Shown in pieces: positions 1-12,294 of a stretch of DNA of 64,000 nucleotides (position 1 is its first letter; every line of letters starts with the position of its first letter). The DNA is from Malassezia furfur. Lineage: Eukaryota. The notes under the pieces are model-generated. The model saw only the letters and a program-made list of their open reading frames with translations. It was not told the origin of the DNA and searched no databases. The position numbers and the translations under genes are program-made. The DNA is taken from the NCBI GenBank assembly GCA_052055015.1, contig JBQJIT010000001.1, one strand, 5' to 3'.

Positions 1-36
1 ACTCTGCCATGCCCATGACCGCAGCCGTCCATTCCA

Positions 37-960
37 TTAAGAGCATGTTCGCCAAATGTGTTCGGCCGGCTGGCCCTCGTTGGGTGGCCGTGCGCTCGAA
101 ATAGACTGGGAAAGGCGGATTACATCGTCAACCCAGTCACCCACGCGGTCCTTGGCGCCGACCTTGATGCGCTCGACAATCTGCCCCCAGTCTGCACGGA
201 GCTCGTCGAGGAACCGCTCGCTTGCCTCAGGAAACACCTGACGCAGTGTATACGCGGGGGTGTTGGTATGGGCGCACATTAGGTTGCGAGTTACGCCATC
301 GATGGTCCTGGGCCCCACCGACCAGTTGCGAGACTCGTGTGTGCCGCCCTGTTCGTGCTGGAGCGCCCAGGCGATCTCGAGGAGCATTGCCTTGTCGCCC
401 TTGGCATAGCTACGCAGGAATGTGGTCCATCCGGATCGTCGGCGTGTGTTGATGAACCACAAAACCGCCTGGTTGTACAAGAGGCACTCGGATTCGCTCT
501 TGGCCTCTGCGTTGGTCTCGGCGAGGATGCTCTTTTTCGCGCTGCGAGAGGGGAAGGGGTGTCCGAGATTCCGGAGGAACCATGCGCGCATGCGGCCCGC
601 GTTCAGCGAGGCGTCCCCCTTATCATGCTGTGCGTCGTGGGTCTCGTGGGGGACCATGGTGTTCTGGAGCAGTTCGTGCAGCTCATTTCGCGTCGTGGTG
701 CGCATGAGCGTCGTCTCTCGTTGCTCGGCACGCAAAAGGTGTGCGACTCGCTCAAGACGCTGTCCAACGCGCGCGCCGAGGTGGCGGGTCGCAGGAGCGA
801 GAGTGCCCTGCTGCTCGCTCTCGAGTATCGCGCAGCGTATACGCTCGGCGGCCGCGTGCATCTGCGTGAGCCGCGCGCCGTGAGTGTTGCTCGCGAGCGC
901 GCTGAGCAGCAGGTTCTCGAAGGCAAGCAAGTCCATACACAGCTCCTCCTGCGATCGCAT
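37..960 (-). CDS. bE: Mating-type b-locus HD1-class homeodomain protein (bE-like)
   Basis: Motifs WFLRNLGHPFPS and WFINTRRRSGW are typical of HD1/bE homeodomains; divergent from an HD2 gene. Start taken at ATG 960 (alternative 936). Confidence 0.88.
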   Translation of the reverse strand: MRSQEELCMDLLAFENLLLSALASNTHGARLTQMHAAAERIRCAILESEQQGTLAPATRHLGARVGQRLERVAHLLRAEQRETTLMRTTTRNELHELLQNTMVPHETHDAQHDKGDASLNAGRMRAWFLRNLGHPFPSRSAKKSILAETNAEAKSESECLLYNQAVLWFINTRRRSGWTTFLRSYAKGDKAMLLEIAWALQHEQGGTHESRNWSVGPRTIDGVTRNLMCAHTNTPAYTLRQVFPEASERFLDELRADWGQIVERIKVGAKDRVGDWVDDVIRLSQSISSARPPNEGQPAEHIWRTCS

Positions 961-1089
961 AGTGGGTCGGTTGCCTACCGATCGTTCCCTTGTCGCATTG
1001 GCCTTTGACACGACACACAAAGGACCTCCACTGTGGCAGCGCACGGACCCTACCATTTAAGGCGGCGGTGTGCCGCACCTGTATCCTGC

Positions 1090-2532
1090 ATGCGCGTCGA
1101 GCTCGACTTTCTCGATGGCTGCCTGGCCGTCCTGCAGGATCTGCGGGCGGGGGTGAGCCCTGCATCGCTCATTTCGCCGGCCTCGGGCGCGCCGAGCGCC
1201 ACGCTCAACCTGCGATCCATCACTGTCGACACCTTTGCCGTAGCGGTGCGCGAGCGTCCCTTGGCAAGTGACGTGCAGGACGCGCTCATCTCGCTGTTTG
1301 AGCGCGCGGTACAGCGGCTCAAGACCACCTTCTCGCAGCACTTTACCGACGCGCAGTCACGGTGGGGCGCGTCGCGCGCGCATGCCCTTCCTCTGCTCCA
1401 CGAGCTGTTCGAGACGCAGTGTGCCATGGCGGTGCAAGAGACCCAGGAGACAATTCTTGGCTTTGTCGACGAGCGCCTCGATGCATATATGGCCGAAGCC
1501 AATGCATCCCACCCCTGGCCGCGCCCACATAACGCCAAGGCGATCGCTATCCTCGAGACGGCTTTCCAACACGCACCCAACATCACCCAGGCGGAGAAAT
1601 ACAAACTTGCCGAAGCCACGGGGCTACAGCCGCGTCAGGTCACGATATGGGTACGTGTACACCTCACGCAGTTCCAAAACCGTCGCAACCGTCGCACGGG
1701 TTCGCGCCGCCCCCTGAAGCGTGTCGGAGGCCGAAGTCCTGCCGCCCGGCCACGCACCCCGCCTCGTCTTGCACCGGTGCCGCTGGCGCGGCGCAAGGAT
1801 ATGCCCGAGACGGTGGCTTCCTCGCAGGGCTCGAGTGAGCTAAGCGACGCGAGCGTGCCTGTCCCGCCGACATCTGCCGATGCCTCGGCCAAGGTCGAGC
1901 TGGGGCTTGATGCGCCGGGCGTGGAATGGGCTCCGTCGTCGCCAGAGCCGCTCGCACCGATGGATCTTCCGCTGCTTGGTCCACCGCCGCCTTGCCCCAT
2001 ACCTGAACCGGTCGCCAATGCCCCCGCGGCGCTATCGCTTGACGATCTCCTGGTGATGGACAATGCGCGGCAATGCCTCGTCTTTTCTCCGCTCGACCCC
2101 CTGCCGCGCCTCGACTTTGCCGACCTACATCTCGACTTGGAAACACTCGAACACGCACTTGGCCTCGCACGGCCCAGTCCATCGCTGCCATCGCTGTGCA
2201 CGATACCGAGCGTCCCTTACGACGAGCTGGCTGCCGCCCAGGCGCTCATGGCACAGCCACTCAGTGTCGCGGACGAAATCGTGGCGCATGCACAAGCGGA
2301 AGGCTGGTCGTTTGGCGATCTCGTGACTCCCATGCGTATGCCGCCCGGCCTGCACGCCACATCGGAGCTTGAGCGGCTCGCGGTGCACCTTGAGGGCCAC
2401 CTGCATTCGCCGCTGCGGCAGCGGTACGAGCCGATGCGCACCTCGGCACCGGTCACCGGTCCGCCGCGTTGGCTGCCGATGCAATGCTTTGGCGATCCAA
2501 GCGAGGCGGGTGTTGCTGCCACAGGCAAGTAG
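1090..2532 (+). CDS. bW: Mating-type b-locus HD2-class homeodomain protein (bW-like)
   Basis: ILETAFQHAPNITQAEKYKLAEATGLQPRQVTIW^FQNRRNR; removing the 21-nt intron 1651-1671 (GTACGT...CTCACGCAG) restores WFQNRR. Pro-rich C-terminus. Confidence 0.88.
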   Translation: MRVELDFLDGCLAVLQDLRAGVSPASLISPASGAPSATLNLRSITVDTFAVAVRERPLASDVQDALISLFERAVQRLKTTFSQHFTDAQSRWGASRAHALPLLHELFETQCAMAVQETQETILGFVDERLDAYMAEANASHPWPRPHNAKAIAILETAFQHAPNITQAEKYKLAEATGLQPRQVTIWVRVHLTQFQNRRNRRTGSRRPLKRVGGRSPAARPRTPPRLAPVPLARRKDMPETVASSQGSSELSDASVPVPPTSADASAKVELGLDAPGVEWAPSSPEPLAPMDLPLLGPPPPCPIPEPVANAPAALSLDDLLVMDNARQCLVFSPLDPLPRLDFADLHLDLETLEHALGLARPSPSLPSLCTIPSVPYDELAAAQALMAQPLSVADEIVAHAQAEGWSFGDLVTPMRMPPGLHATSELERLAVHLEGHLHSPLRQRYEPMRTSAPVTGPPRWLPMQCFGDPSEAGVAATGK

Positions 2533-2588
2533 GGTGTACGAGCTAGCGTGGGGGAATATGAATATGGCTACGGGTCACGAGCGTAGGC

Positions 2589-5500
2589 CTAGCGACGTGC
2601 GGCCGGGTCCTCTTTGCCGGTGCGCGCCATATGGCGCGACGCGCCGAGCGCTTCGAGTGTGAGGGCAAACAGCGTTTCCTCCTCCTTGTCCCACGGGAGC
2701 CCTGGGTTGTCGTAGCTTGCCTGAAGGCAGCGTGCGAGCTGCGTGCGGAGAATGCGGATCACCACAAGTGTCTTGGGATCGATCGTGGTCATGCGCACAC
2801 GGTTATGATCGATGTACAGCGAGCGGCTTGTGTGTTTGAACTCGGGCTCGCCGCCTGTGATGAGCACGTTGAGGTCGTCGATGTACGCCGTATCCCAGGC
2901 ATACAGGCGCTTGGACATCATGATGGAGTGGTATAGCAAAAAGTGCGTGGGTCCAAAGCGCGGACGCGTCTGGAAATTAACCGAAGTGGGGTGCACAGTG
3001 ACCAGCTGATTGTTGGTCATGGTGCGGATCGCACCGGTGCGCGTGTCGATCCAGGCGACCTTGGGGTACAGCGCGGCCACCAGCGCGAGCTGGATGGCCT
3101 GCGGGCATTCGGCGTACTTGTCGAGCTCCTGCGGCACCTCGATGAGGCGCGGACGTCCCTGGCGCGTGCGATTGCGCGCCAGATCGCGGCGCAGCTCCTT
3201 GCTGAGCGCCACAAAGCCCGTGTCGGCGAGGTAGCTGAGGTACTGCTGACGCAGCTCCTCCACCTGATAGAGGATGTCCTGCGACAGGCCGTTTACCGTG
3301 CACCACGGCACGCTGCGTTGCTGCCCCACCATGCGCCGCCAGGTGCGATACATCTGCACAAAACTCAAAAAGTCGCTGCGGTGCTGATTGAAGCGCGAGC
3401 GCGACGACGATAGGAATCGGTTGTTGGGTAGCCGCAAGAACGGCGTCTTGGAGTTGAGGATCGCGGCGATGGTTAGCGCCGCGTCCACACACCGGAAGCG
3501 CGTCGCGATCAGCAAAAATTTGCCGAGGTGCACGTCGAGCGGCATGTGGCACAGGTGGCGCCCAAGCGTGGTGATCTCCTCGTTTGGCGTGAGCGCCTGC
3601 ACCTCAACCAGCGAGGCCACTGCGCGCTGTACGTTGATCGCCTGGGGCGGATCAAGCGCCTGGCTGAGAGCATCCTCGATGCTGTCGCCCACCTTGATCT
3701 GCATCACTTTGAGCGTGAGCGCAAGCTCCTGCAGCGAGAGACGCAGCATCTCGGGCAGAGGGTGTGCATCCATAATCTCGTCGTGCCGCATCTTGGTAAA
3801 CAGGTGGAAGCACATGCCATGCTGTACACGGCCCGCACGACCGCGACGCTGCTTGGCGTTGCTGCGCGCAATGAAGCACTCCACCAGACGACTGATCTTG
3901 CGCTTCTCGTCGTAGCGCATTTCGCGGTGCCGACCCGTGTCGACGACGCACGTAATGTCGGGAATCGTAATACCGGTCTCGGCAATGTTTGTCGCGAGCA
4001 CCACTTTGCGCATGCCCTCGGGCGGCGGGTCAAATGCCGCCGCCTGGTCTTCGGGTGCAATGCTCGAGTGCAGAATGTGGATCTGGCACCGCTGCGGCGC
4101 AAACTCGGGCAGGCCCGAAAGCGCGCTCTCACAGTGCCGAATCTCACCGATACCGGGCAGGAACACAAGCACGGCGCGACTCATCGGCTCGAAGCGTGGG
4201 TCAGTGAAGAGCTTTTGAAGGAGCTTGGTGATCAGCTCGTAGTTGATCATGTACTCGTTCAGCTCCGTGAGTGTCTCGAGCGTTTGAGGGTTGTACGACT
4301 TGGCGTTCAATTGTACGTTCGAATGCTGTTTTTCCTCACCGTCGTCGTCGTTCATCTCAAAGTCAGAGTCGTCGTCGTCTTCGGTGCGAATTTTGACCTT
4401 GCCCTCTACCGGCTTTGGCAGCACGTAGGGCGAGTTGGGCTCCGGCTTGTACTCGCACAGCTCCACCACGTCCTCAAGGTAGTACTCGTCCACGGGGAAC
4501 GTGCGACCCGGCACCTGCAGCATCGGGCAGCCCCCAAAGTAATCACTGATCCGGCCCGCGTCGAGTGTCGCCGACATTAGCACCACCTTAAGGTTCGGCC
4601 GCTGCTGCATCAGCACCTTGAGCACCATCAGCAGGAAATCGGACTCAATCGAGCGCTCGTGCACTTCGTCGATAATGATGTGCGTAATCTCGTCAAACGA
4701 GCTCGACTCAAGCATGCGCAAAGCAATCCCGGTGGTGGCGTAGATCAGGCGCGCATTCCGGCCCACTTGGCTGTCCAAGCGGATGGCGTAGCCGACGTAG
4801 CTCTCCGGGCCTCCAATTGCGCCGCGTGCCTCACCGAGTTCTTGCGAGACGCGCTCCGCGAGCGAGATGGCCGAGATACGCCGCGGCTCGGTAACGTAGA
4901 TCTTGCATGGGCAACCGCGTCCCAGTGCGTCTTCGAGGAGGAAGGCGGGTAGCTGTGTCGACTTACCACACCCTGTCTCACCGCTCAACACCACCACCTG
5001 CGAGTGGGCGACGGCATCGAGGATCTCCTGGCGTGATGCGGCAATGGGTAGCTGCTCACGCCCAGGCACCATGGCCTGGTATGCGTCTGATGCGCGCCGT
5101 GCGTAGTACTCTTGCGCCAATCGATCGTCTGTCCGCAAGATCCGCTCGGCGCGCCGCTTGGATGGCGTCGCATCCGCCTTGATGGAGCGCGGCATGCGCC
5201 GCGGCACGACAGGATGCGTCGTGCGCCGCTCCAGGATATCCTGCATGCGTGCATAGTCGGAGCGCAAAAACGCCTGCTTCTCCTTGTTGCGTGCCGCCTC
5301 GAGTTCGTCCCAGAAAGCCCGAAAGCCAGCAGGGAGCAGGCGCTGAACCTGCTGATCGCGGACAAGGCAGTTGAGCGCAGCCGTGGCAATGAGGTCGTCG
5401 GCAAGTTGTTGCGTCTCGCACCCTTGGCTGGTCAGCTTAAACGTGTCAAACACTACACGCGCAGCCGACTGCCGGTTGGCCATGTTCCACCGGATCTCGA

Positions 5501-7374
5501 GTTGCGTGCGATGCACCGAACCACCCGAGATGGGCATGAACCGCTGCGTGGCGTACGGATCAGTGCGCCGCAATGCATCTGAGAGCAGCACTCGCGGGGA
5601 ACGAGGGCCCTGGCTCCCCGAAATGACGCGCAACTGTACCGTCTGCGTCTCGACCGGCTGAGGCTTCTCGTCTAGCAGCGAGCCCAAAATCGATTGGGAA
5701 TGGTCTTCCGAGTCAGAATCCTCCATTTCCGCCTGGTCGGTGGATTTTGTGTCGGGTTGGGCCGTGGACGGCTTCTTCTGAGGCGAGGACGGCATGTCAA
5801 AGATATCGTCCGCATCGTCCTGATTATTCTTATCGTCCCTGTCTTGGCTCCGGGCCGCGGGAAAGTGGCCCACAGGGTCATCGTCGCTCTCGTCGTCCAT
5901 GTCCCCCCTCATCGCCCGTTCGATCTCGGCACGACGGCGAGCGTGCACGTCCATTTGTGTGGATGCGGGCCGCTGTCCCTGCGGAGTATGGGTACCCGAC
6001 GTCCTACCCGCTGTCGCCGGGCTAGTAGACGCTTGCCGCATGCGTTCCTTGAACCGCTCTGCTGTAGCCTTCTTGTTGAACGACGGCTGCATTTCGGCCT
6101 GCTCCATCAGGTTGCTGGCATTGTGAGCGAGCTGCTGGAAAAGCCGCTTGCTCGTCCCTTCGTATGCAGCCTCCGCCAAATAGGGGTCCAAACGTTTGCC
6201 CAGGATCTTTTCACGGCGTTTCCGCTCTTGGTCAATGCGCACAAGGACGATGCGCGCCGTGCAGTACGCCTCGACGGGGTTTTCCACGGCATCTGCCAGT
6301 GGGTTCTCGGGATCCAGAATACTCTGCTGCTCTTTGATCATGCGCTCTGTCTCCTGCCACAGCTGCATTGGAAGCCCACGCGGGAGCGCGTCAAGGGTTG
6401 TCGGCGGCGCCAGGTCGGGGTCTCGTTTTTTTTGCTCCTGCTCCGCCATAAACTGCTCGCGAGTCTTTCGCTCGAAGGAAAATGCATTGTGGTGGGGGGC
6501 GATCGTCTCGTCCACCGCACTGGCAAACTCGGTCAGGTCCGTATCCCGTTTTTTCGGCTCTGGCGGCTCGAGCGAAAAGGTCGAAACACTGCGAATGTCA
6601 GAATCTGGAAGCTGCATGAAGAGATACGCAGCCGCCTCTTCAAACTCCAGATTGGGCGCATACTCGATGGCAATGTCTGCCTGTGCTGGTGTGAATCCAA
6701 TCGAGGTAAGAAGACTCCAGGTGGTCAACGCTGTTTCTAGCGTGCGGGTCTTTGAGTCCGCATAGGAGCCCATCCCGAGGGATTCCTGTACAATTTGGGT
6801 TGGGAGAAAGGGGTCCGTGACTTCTTTCCTCGCTTCTTTCCGGGGCGGCGCAGGCTCAGAAGATTCCACCTTGGGCACCTGTGGTTTGGGCGGCGGCGGT
6901 GACTCCCGTGAATGAATCGCCACACCGTCGGAAGGAGTCCGTGGTGCATTTGTCACACCGATGCTTGGTTCTTCCTCCTCGACGTATTCGCCTTTGGCAA
7001 ATGCCACGATCTGGTCTCGAATAGGACGAAATAGCCCATATGTAGGCAGCGATTTGGCGAGCCGCTGGTTGAACTCGATGGCCTGGGTCAGCACGAAGCG
7101 TACGCACCTTGAGCTTCCGTGGCGCTTCCTTTTCGACTTTGGGATTGATTAGGTCCACGAGCTTCTGCAGTTCCGAAGTCTCCTCTGACTCGGGCTCCAC
7201 CTCTGGCTCGGGCGCAGGGGCCTCGGGCGCGGAGGGCGGTGGGGTCACGGGCTTAGGCGCCGCAGCTGGCTTGGTGTCAGCCTCTTTTGGAGCGGGCTGC
7301 TCGCGTTTGGGCACCGAGGTGGTGGCGAACCCGCGCTGTACGTTCGATTTCAGCGAGGGTTTCTTCTTGCCCAT
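2589..7374 (-). CDS. DEAH/RHA-box RNA helicase (DHX29/DHX57-like)
   Basis: GETGCGKST, DEVH, SAT and QRRGRAGRV motifs plus HA2-like region; exon 1 MGKKKPSLKSNVQRGFATTS joined by a 25-nt intron 7083-7107. Confidence 0.9.
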
Positions 7375-7431
7375 GTCGTCGTAAGGGTGAGTGTGTGGAG
7401 CCGATTGCCCGATACGCTCCCTCTTCTCGCC

Positions 7432-9471
7432 ATGGGTGACAAGGACGTGGAGAGCGGTGGGACCGCGCATCCTGCCAGCAATAAGGCGTACGTGCAGCAC
7501 TGACCCAGGTCCAGCGCCATGCGCAATCAGCCCGTGAAACGGTACGACGGTGAGCCATTGACGCGCGTCGATGTACAGCACGCGATGCTGTGCCACCTCT
7601 TCTCGGACACACGCCGCGTCTTTACCAACCCGCGCCCTGGCCCTCGCGGTGCACCCACGTCCACGTTTGTGAATGCACTGGGAGATACGCCGCACAGCGA
7701 GGCGGACAAAGGGCTCGTCGCTAGTCAACCGCCGGCCGTGCAGGTGCAGGTCGCCGAAGCGATTAGTGGGCCATTCCCCACGCCGCTCTGGCCGTATGGG
7801 CAGTCGGCCGGCTCGGCGCGCCGCAGTGATGAGACGCCCGAAGAGCTCAAAGAGTGGGAGGTTCGGCGTGCTGCATACCTGGACTGGCGCAACGCCGAGT
7901 ACCCCAACTCGATCACGCCCGTCGCCGAGCTAGACCATCCGAATATGCAATGGCAGCATCCAGGCGCCGAGAAGCTCACGTTCAAGGAGCTCTACATTGA
8001 GGCGTTGATGAACAGCTCCAAATGCACCAAGAGCATGCGCGAAAAATGCTTACTTGATGAGGAATATGCCGAGGACTTTTCTAAGGTGTGTCTGCTGGTG
8101 AATGTGGGGCGCATCAACACGACGCTGGCATTCTACCCAGAAATGAAGACCATTCTCCGCTCCTACCACCCTGTTCCCTCGCTGCAAAAGTCGGAAAACA
8201 CGCGGCGCAACATGCAGGATGCCCCGCGCATGAAGTCATTGCTCAAGGCTGTGCTGCTGCCCTACGAGCGGCCTGGGCCGCCGGGCGGCACAGCGACGGC
8301 GTCCGCAGCAGCGCGCCACAATCCTAGCGAGGATACCGAGGAGGTGCCATCGGACCTGTCCGAGATCGCGCGCCGGCTTCGCCGCAATCATCTGCCGCCA
8401 ACCTCGGTGGTGACGCTCATCTTCTTGCTTACCCAACAGGCCAACGACGTGACAAGCCTGCACTTCCCTGCGCCCTACGACATCCACTCCCTCTTTTTCC
8501 CACAGGCATCGCATCCTATCTCGGCAAAACAGCGTGCCGAGGCATTCTTGTGGCTCATCTACCACTACCTCGAGGGCCCTGCGGCCAAGAACCCCGGCGA
8601 GCCTGGCTCAGAGAACCCGTTCGACGATGCTTTCTCGACTGCCGCGCGGGAACAAGCGCGCCGCGCCTGGGTCGGAGCCGGCTCGCCCCCGCTTACCGAG
8701 ACACAGCCGCTGTGGCGTGGCGTGCGCAATCCTGCGTACACCCACTGGAAAGAAACCCACGAGGTCGGTGCCACCGAAGAGGAGCGGAAAAAAGCGCGTC
8801 AGCGCGCCGAGCAGACCGACCCGTGCCCGGAGGCGTACTTGGACCGTGTGCTCATTCCTGGGTTTGTGCCAATCTCTGCCGAGGCGTTTGCCGCCGAGGA
8901 TGCCGATACGCCCGAGGAGATCGAATGGGGCAAGCAAATGCAGCAGGAGCGAGCCGCCTTCCTGGTCCGATTCCAGGAAGAGGAGCAGGCCAAAGTATTG
9001 GCCAATGGTGGCACGGTCGATGAGGATGCCGCGAGCGAAGAAGCCAAGCCCAAGCGCCGCATCCACGCGGGTACGCAGAGCTGCTACCCGCTTGCCAACA
9101 TCCTTGCGAATGCGGCAGCCGCGGGGTCAAACCAGGGCGCTTTGGCGCGCTCCCCGATCGGATTTGTGAAGCGTGCGCGCCTCTCGTCGCGGCAGACCCA
9201 CAAGGACTCGCGCGAGTCGTCGGTTGCTGTAGCAGAGGACGTGCCCGTGGATGAGGCGGAGCCCATGGATCGCCAGGGCTCGTCGCTGTGGGACCTCTCG
9301 CTGGAAGAGCCCGCGAGCCAGGCACAGACCTCGTTGGTGGAGGAGACGTGGCAGAGCATTCGCAACACCAAGGGCGATGAACTCGTCGACGAGCCGTTCT
9401 CCAATGCAAGTCTAGCGCGCGTCTTGTTGGTGCATCGCAACCTGCGCGAATTGCGCGAGGCCCCATTGTAG
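7432..9471 (+). CDS. IES1: INO80 complex subunit Ies1-like
   Basis: CLLVNVGRINTTLAFYPEMKTILRSYHPVPSLQ and MQDAPRMKSLLK motifs; ATG 7432 joined in frame by a 21-nt intron 7488-7508 that contains an in-frame TGA. Confidence 0.8.
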
Positions 9472-9507
9472 TAGACCCCGTAGCCTGCGCCCTCCACTTG
9501 GTTCACG

Positions 9508-11262
9508 ATGCCCTTGTTCCCGGTGGACAAGGCACAGCTTCGCCCGCAGTTTGCGGCGTATCGGCTGACTTCAGAGAATGGGCCCATGCAGCGGTGCCAT
9601 ATGCTTCCGGTGCGTGCAGCTGCACCGGGGAATACTGCCGCATTGGGCTACAAAGAGCTCAAGGCGCGCGCCATGCACGGCGCTTTGGTGCCGCTCCCTG
9701 CGTCAACGCTCTTTGCCTACATGGACGCCGAGGGGTGGGTAACGCTCGCTTCAATCGCGCCACTTGCATTTGAACGTGTGTTCCACGTAGGCGCGTATGC
9801 CACCTTGTGTGTGGCCGACGAACGCACGCTCGTGGTCTGCGATGGCGCCTTGGTCACCCACGTCATCATCGATGCTGCCTCTATGCGTGCACAAGAGAGG
9901 ACACGGTACGCGGCGCCCGATGTAGCGCTACAGGGAGATGAGCATGCGATGCCATGGCGCGTCATCGCGGCGTCCGGTGCGGATGTGCTTCTGGAACGTG
10001 CGCGGCGCAAGGCCCAAACGGGGGTTACCCCTGGCCTCGGTGCATCGTCTGGTACACGTCATGCGCAGACACAGACGCGCTTTGACGTAGCTATGCTGCG
10101 TGCTGGGCAGCTCGCGTGGCACTTTGTGGCCGACGAGCCCGTCTCGTTCGCATCGCTTGGCGACATCAGTATCCTGGGCGCCGAAACGCCGCTCGGGCCA
10201 CCTGCTGCACCTATTCAGCCCGGTGCGGCCCCTGTGAGCGACACACCGCCGTATACGTGGTCGCAGACCGAAGACACTGTCACTGTGGCACTGGCTCTGC
10301 CTGCGTCCATCACCAAGCATGATATCCGCGTGCACTTCTCGCCCAGGGGCCTGAGTGTCAGCCTCGCGATGCAGTCCGCCAAGATTATGGAGCTGGATGC
10401 TGCCTCGGAGCCACACTCAAACACCGAGGACGCACTGCGCAATGGTACCTATGAGTCGCGGGCATTATGGGACCAGATCAACGTTGCCGAGAGCCTGTGG
10501 ACATGGGAGCATGTACAAACGCGCACGGGCGGCGACACGCACGTCACCGGTCTCCTCACGCTCCACCTCGCCAAGGCCCATGAGGGTACGCGTTGGCTCC
10601 AGGTGCTCGAAGGAGACGACATTGCTGAGACGCTCGACCCTTCGGAAATGCTCATGATGCTCGAGGGGCTTGAAAAGTATACCGAGGGGCCGGGCTCGTC
10701 CAGCCTGCTCAACGATGGCCTCGAAGAGGAGGATGCCCTGGCCGGGACCCGATTCGTCCTGTCCGAGGTGCATGCCGATGGCTCCGTCACTCAGGCGGAG
10801 CCATCTGACGCCGGTGTGCTTCTTGCGCGCGCCGCGCCCTCCAACGTGCCCACATCACATCTCCTGCTCAAGTACGATGTTGATGGCATCGTCTACGCAC
10901 CGCCGTCATCGTCTACGCTCACGCCATGGACACCGGAGGAGGTCATCCCGGCAATCAGCTACGTCCTTGCCTCTAAACGCGATGCACACCCCGTGTACTT
11001 CTACAAGGACCCAGGTGCGGCAGCCACAAATGTATTTGCTTTTGAGCCGCGGCAGAGCGCTTCGCACAGCGGTCTGGGGCACAATGCGTTTGTGTACTAC
11101 ACACCGCCAGACTCTAACGACGGCGTCAGCCGCGTGTTCCGTTTGGCCGACGATGTGCAAGGTGCGGGGGCATTGCTGGGTGTCGGCGTGGCTCCGAATG
11201 CTCAGCTCGTGTGCCTCTTCGAGTCGATGCTGCTTGTGATCGACCATGCTCTATTTACGTAG
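9508..11262 (+). CDS. NudC domain-containing protein 1-like (CS/p23 domain)
   Basis: CS domain PPYTWSQTEDTVTVALALP...IRVHF...LWDQI...SLWTW; C-terminal AISYVLASK motif. Confidence 0.75.
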   Translation: MPLFPVDKAQLRPQFAAYRLTSENGPMQRCHMLPVRAAAPGNTAALGYKELKARAMHGALVPLPASTLFAYMDAEGWVTLASIAPLAFERVFHVGAYATLCVADERTLVVCDGALVTHVIIDAASMRAQERTRYAAPDVALQGDEHAMPWRVIAASGADVLLERARRKAQTGVTPGLGASSGTRHAQTQTRFDVAMLRAGQLAWHFVADEPVSFASLGDISILGAETPLGPPAAPIQPGAAPVSDTPPYTWSQTEDTVTVALALPASITKHDIRVHFSPRGLSVSLAMQSAKIMELDAASEPHSNTEDALRNGTYESRALWDQINVAESLWTWEHVQTRTGGDTHVTGLLTLHLAKAHEGTRWLQVLEGDDIAETLDPSEMLMMLEGLEKYTEGPGSSSLLNDGLEEEDALAGTRFVLSEVHADGSVTQAEPSDAGVLLARAAPSNVPTSHLLLKYDVDGIVYAPPSSSTLTPWTPEEVIPAISYVLASKRDAHPVYFYKDPGAAATNVFAFEPRQSASHSGLGHNAFVYYTPPDSNDGVSRVFRLADDVQGAGALLGVGVAPNAQLVCLFESMLLVIDHALFT

Positions 11263-12145
11263 TTCCTGTGCCCGGGCCTCCACAGCGCTCACCCAGCGCT
11301 GTTCCAGGTACTTCTTGAGCATGGGGAATGTCTTGAACGTTTGCTCCGTATCGAGGTCGACCAGTGGCCCTTTGAGCAAGTTTTCGTAGTAGGTGCGCGG
11401 GTGCGGCAGCTTCCGTATTCCGTCGCTGGCCATCTTTCGCGCCTCGGCGAGGGTCAGCCAATAGCCGACGCGCGGGTGGAAGGAGAGGTAATGCTACGTG
11501 AGCCACGCACGTACCTTTTTGTGTTTCATACGCTCCGAGACCAACTCGCCAGAGATGACCTGGGTCAGTAGGCAACCTACATGGAGATGAACATGCCGCA
11601 TCGACGGAATGGAGTGGAAGCCGCAACGAATGTCCCACTCCACACCTTGTGCCGCCTTGCCCTCGTGGGCGTAATCGCAGTCCAGTGGCTGCTCTGGAGG
11701 GATGACCAGCTGCTTCATAGCCTCGCGTATGCGCTTCACAAGCTGTGTCAGTACACTACGTACACGATCGCTCGCACGTTGGAGGCACTCGAGTATGAAT
11801 GGTGCATGCCGACTGGCCAGCACTGAGCTAATTGAGTCTAGCTCACGTGTGGGAACCTGGATACGTTTGCGCTTCCCATTGTCAAGCACTTCGTCACAAT
11901 ACAGCGGCAGCCGGGGGAGGACGAGGAAATGGAACTGCGCCTTGGGGTAGCCGTCGTAGATCGTGTAGGTGTGTTCGTCGGAGTCGATTAACACCCGGTC
12001 CGGGAGCGCTGCCTGGGTTACCTTCCTCACCCACCTCTTCCGTTCGTGCAATCTGCTTCAGTGCATCGGACCACGCGCCCGCGCCTAATGTCCAGGGACG
12101 CGTGTGTCGCGCAAGCTGCAGGCGTCCCTGCGCACGCGCCATCAT
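11251..12145 (-). CDS. HNT3: Aprataxin / HIT-family DNA 5'-deadenylase
   Basis: DGYPKAQFHFLVLPR, GFHSIPSMRHVHLH^VIS and KHKK^HYLSF after removing introns 12013-12034 (22 nt), 11743-11763 (21), 11560-11580 (21), 11494-11514 (21). Confidence 0.88.
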
Positions 12146-12294
12146 GGTCCGAGGCACGTGATATGCAAGCCGCGGTCGTGTTGATTTTCTACGCTCGCGG
12201 CGTGGTGCAGCGGACCCAGGGGGTCCCGGCATTGCTCACGATGCCGACCTGCGCTGGAAGCCATCGTGCCGTTCCGAGTGCACAGCAAGACACT

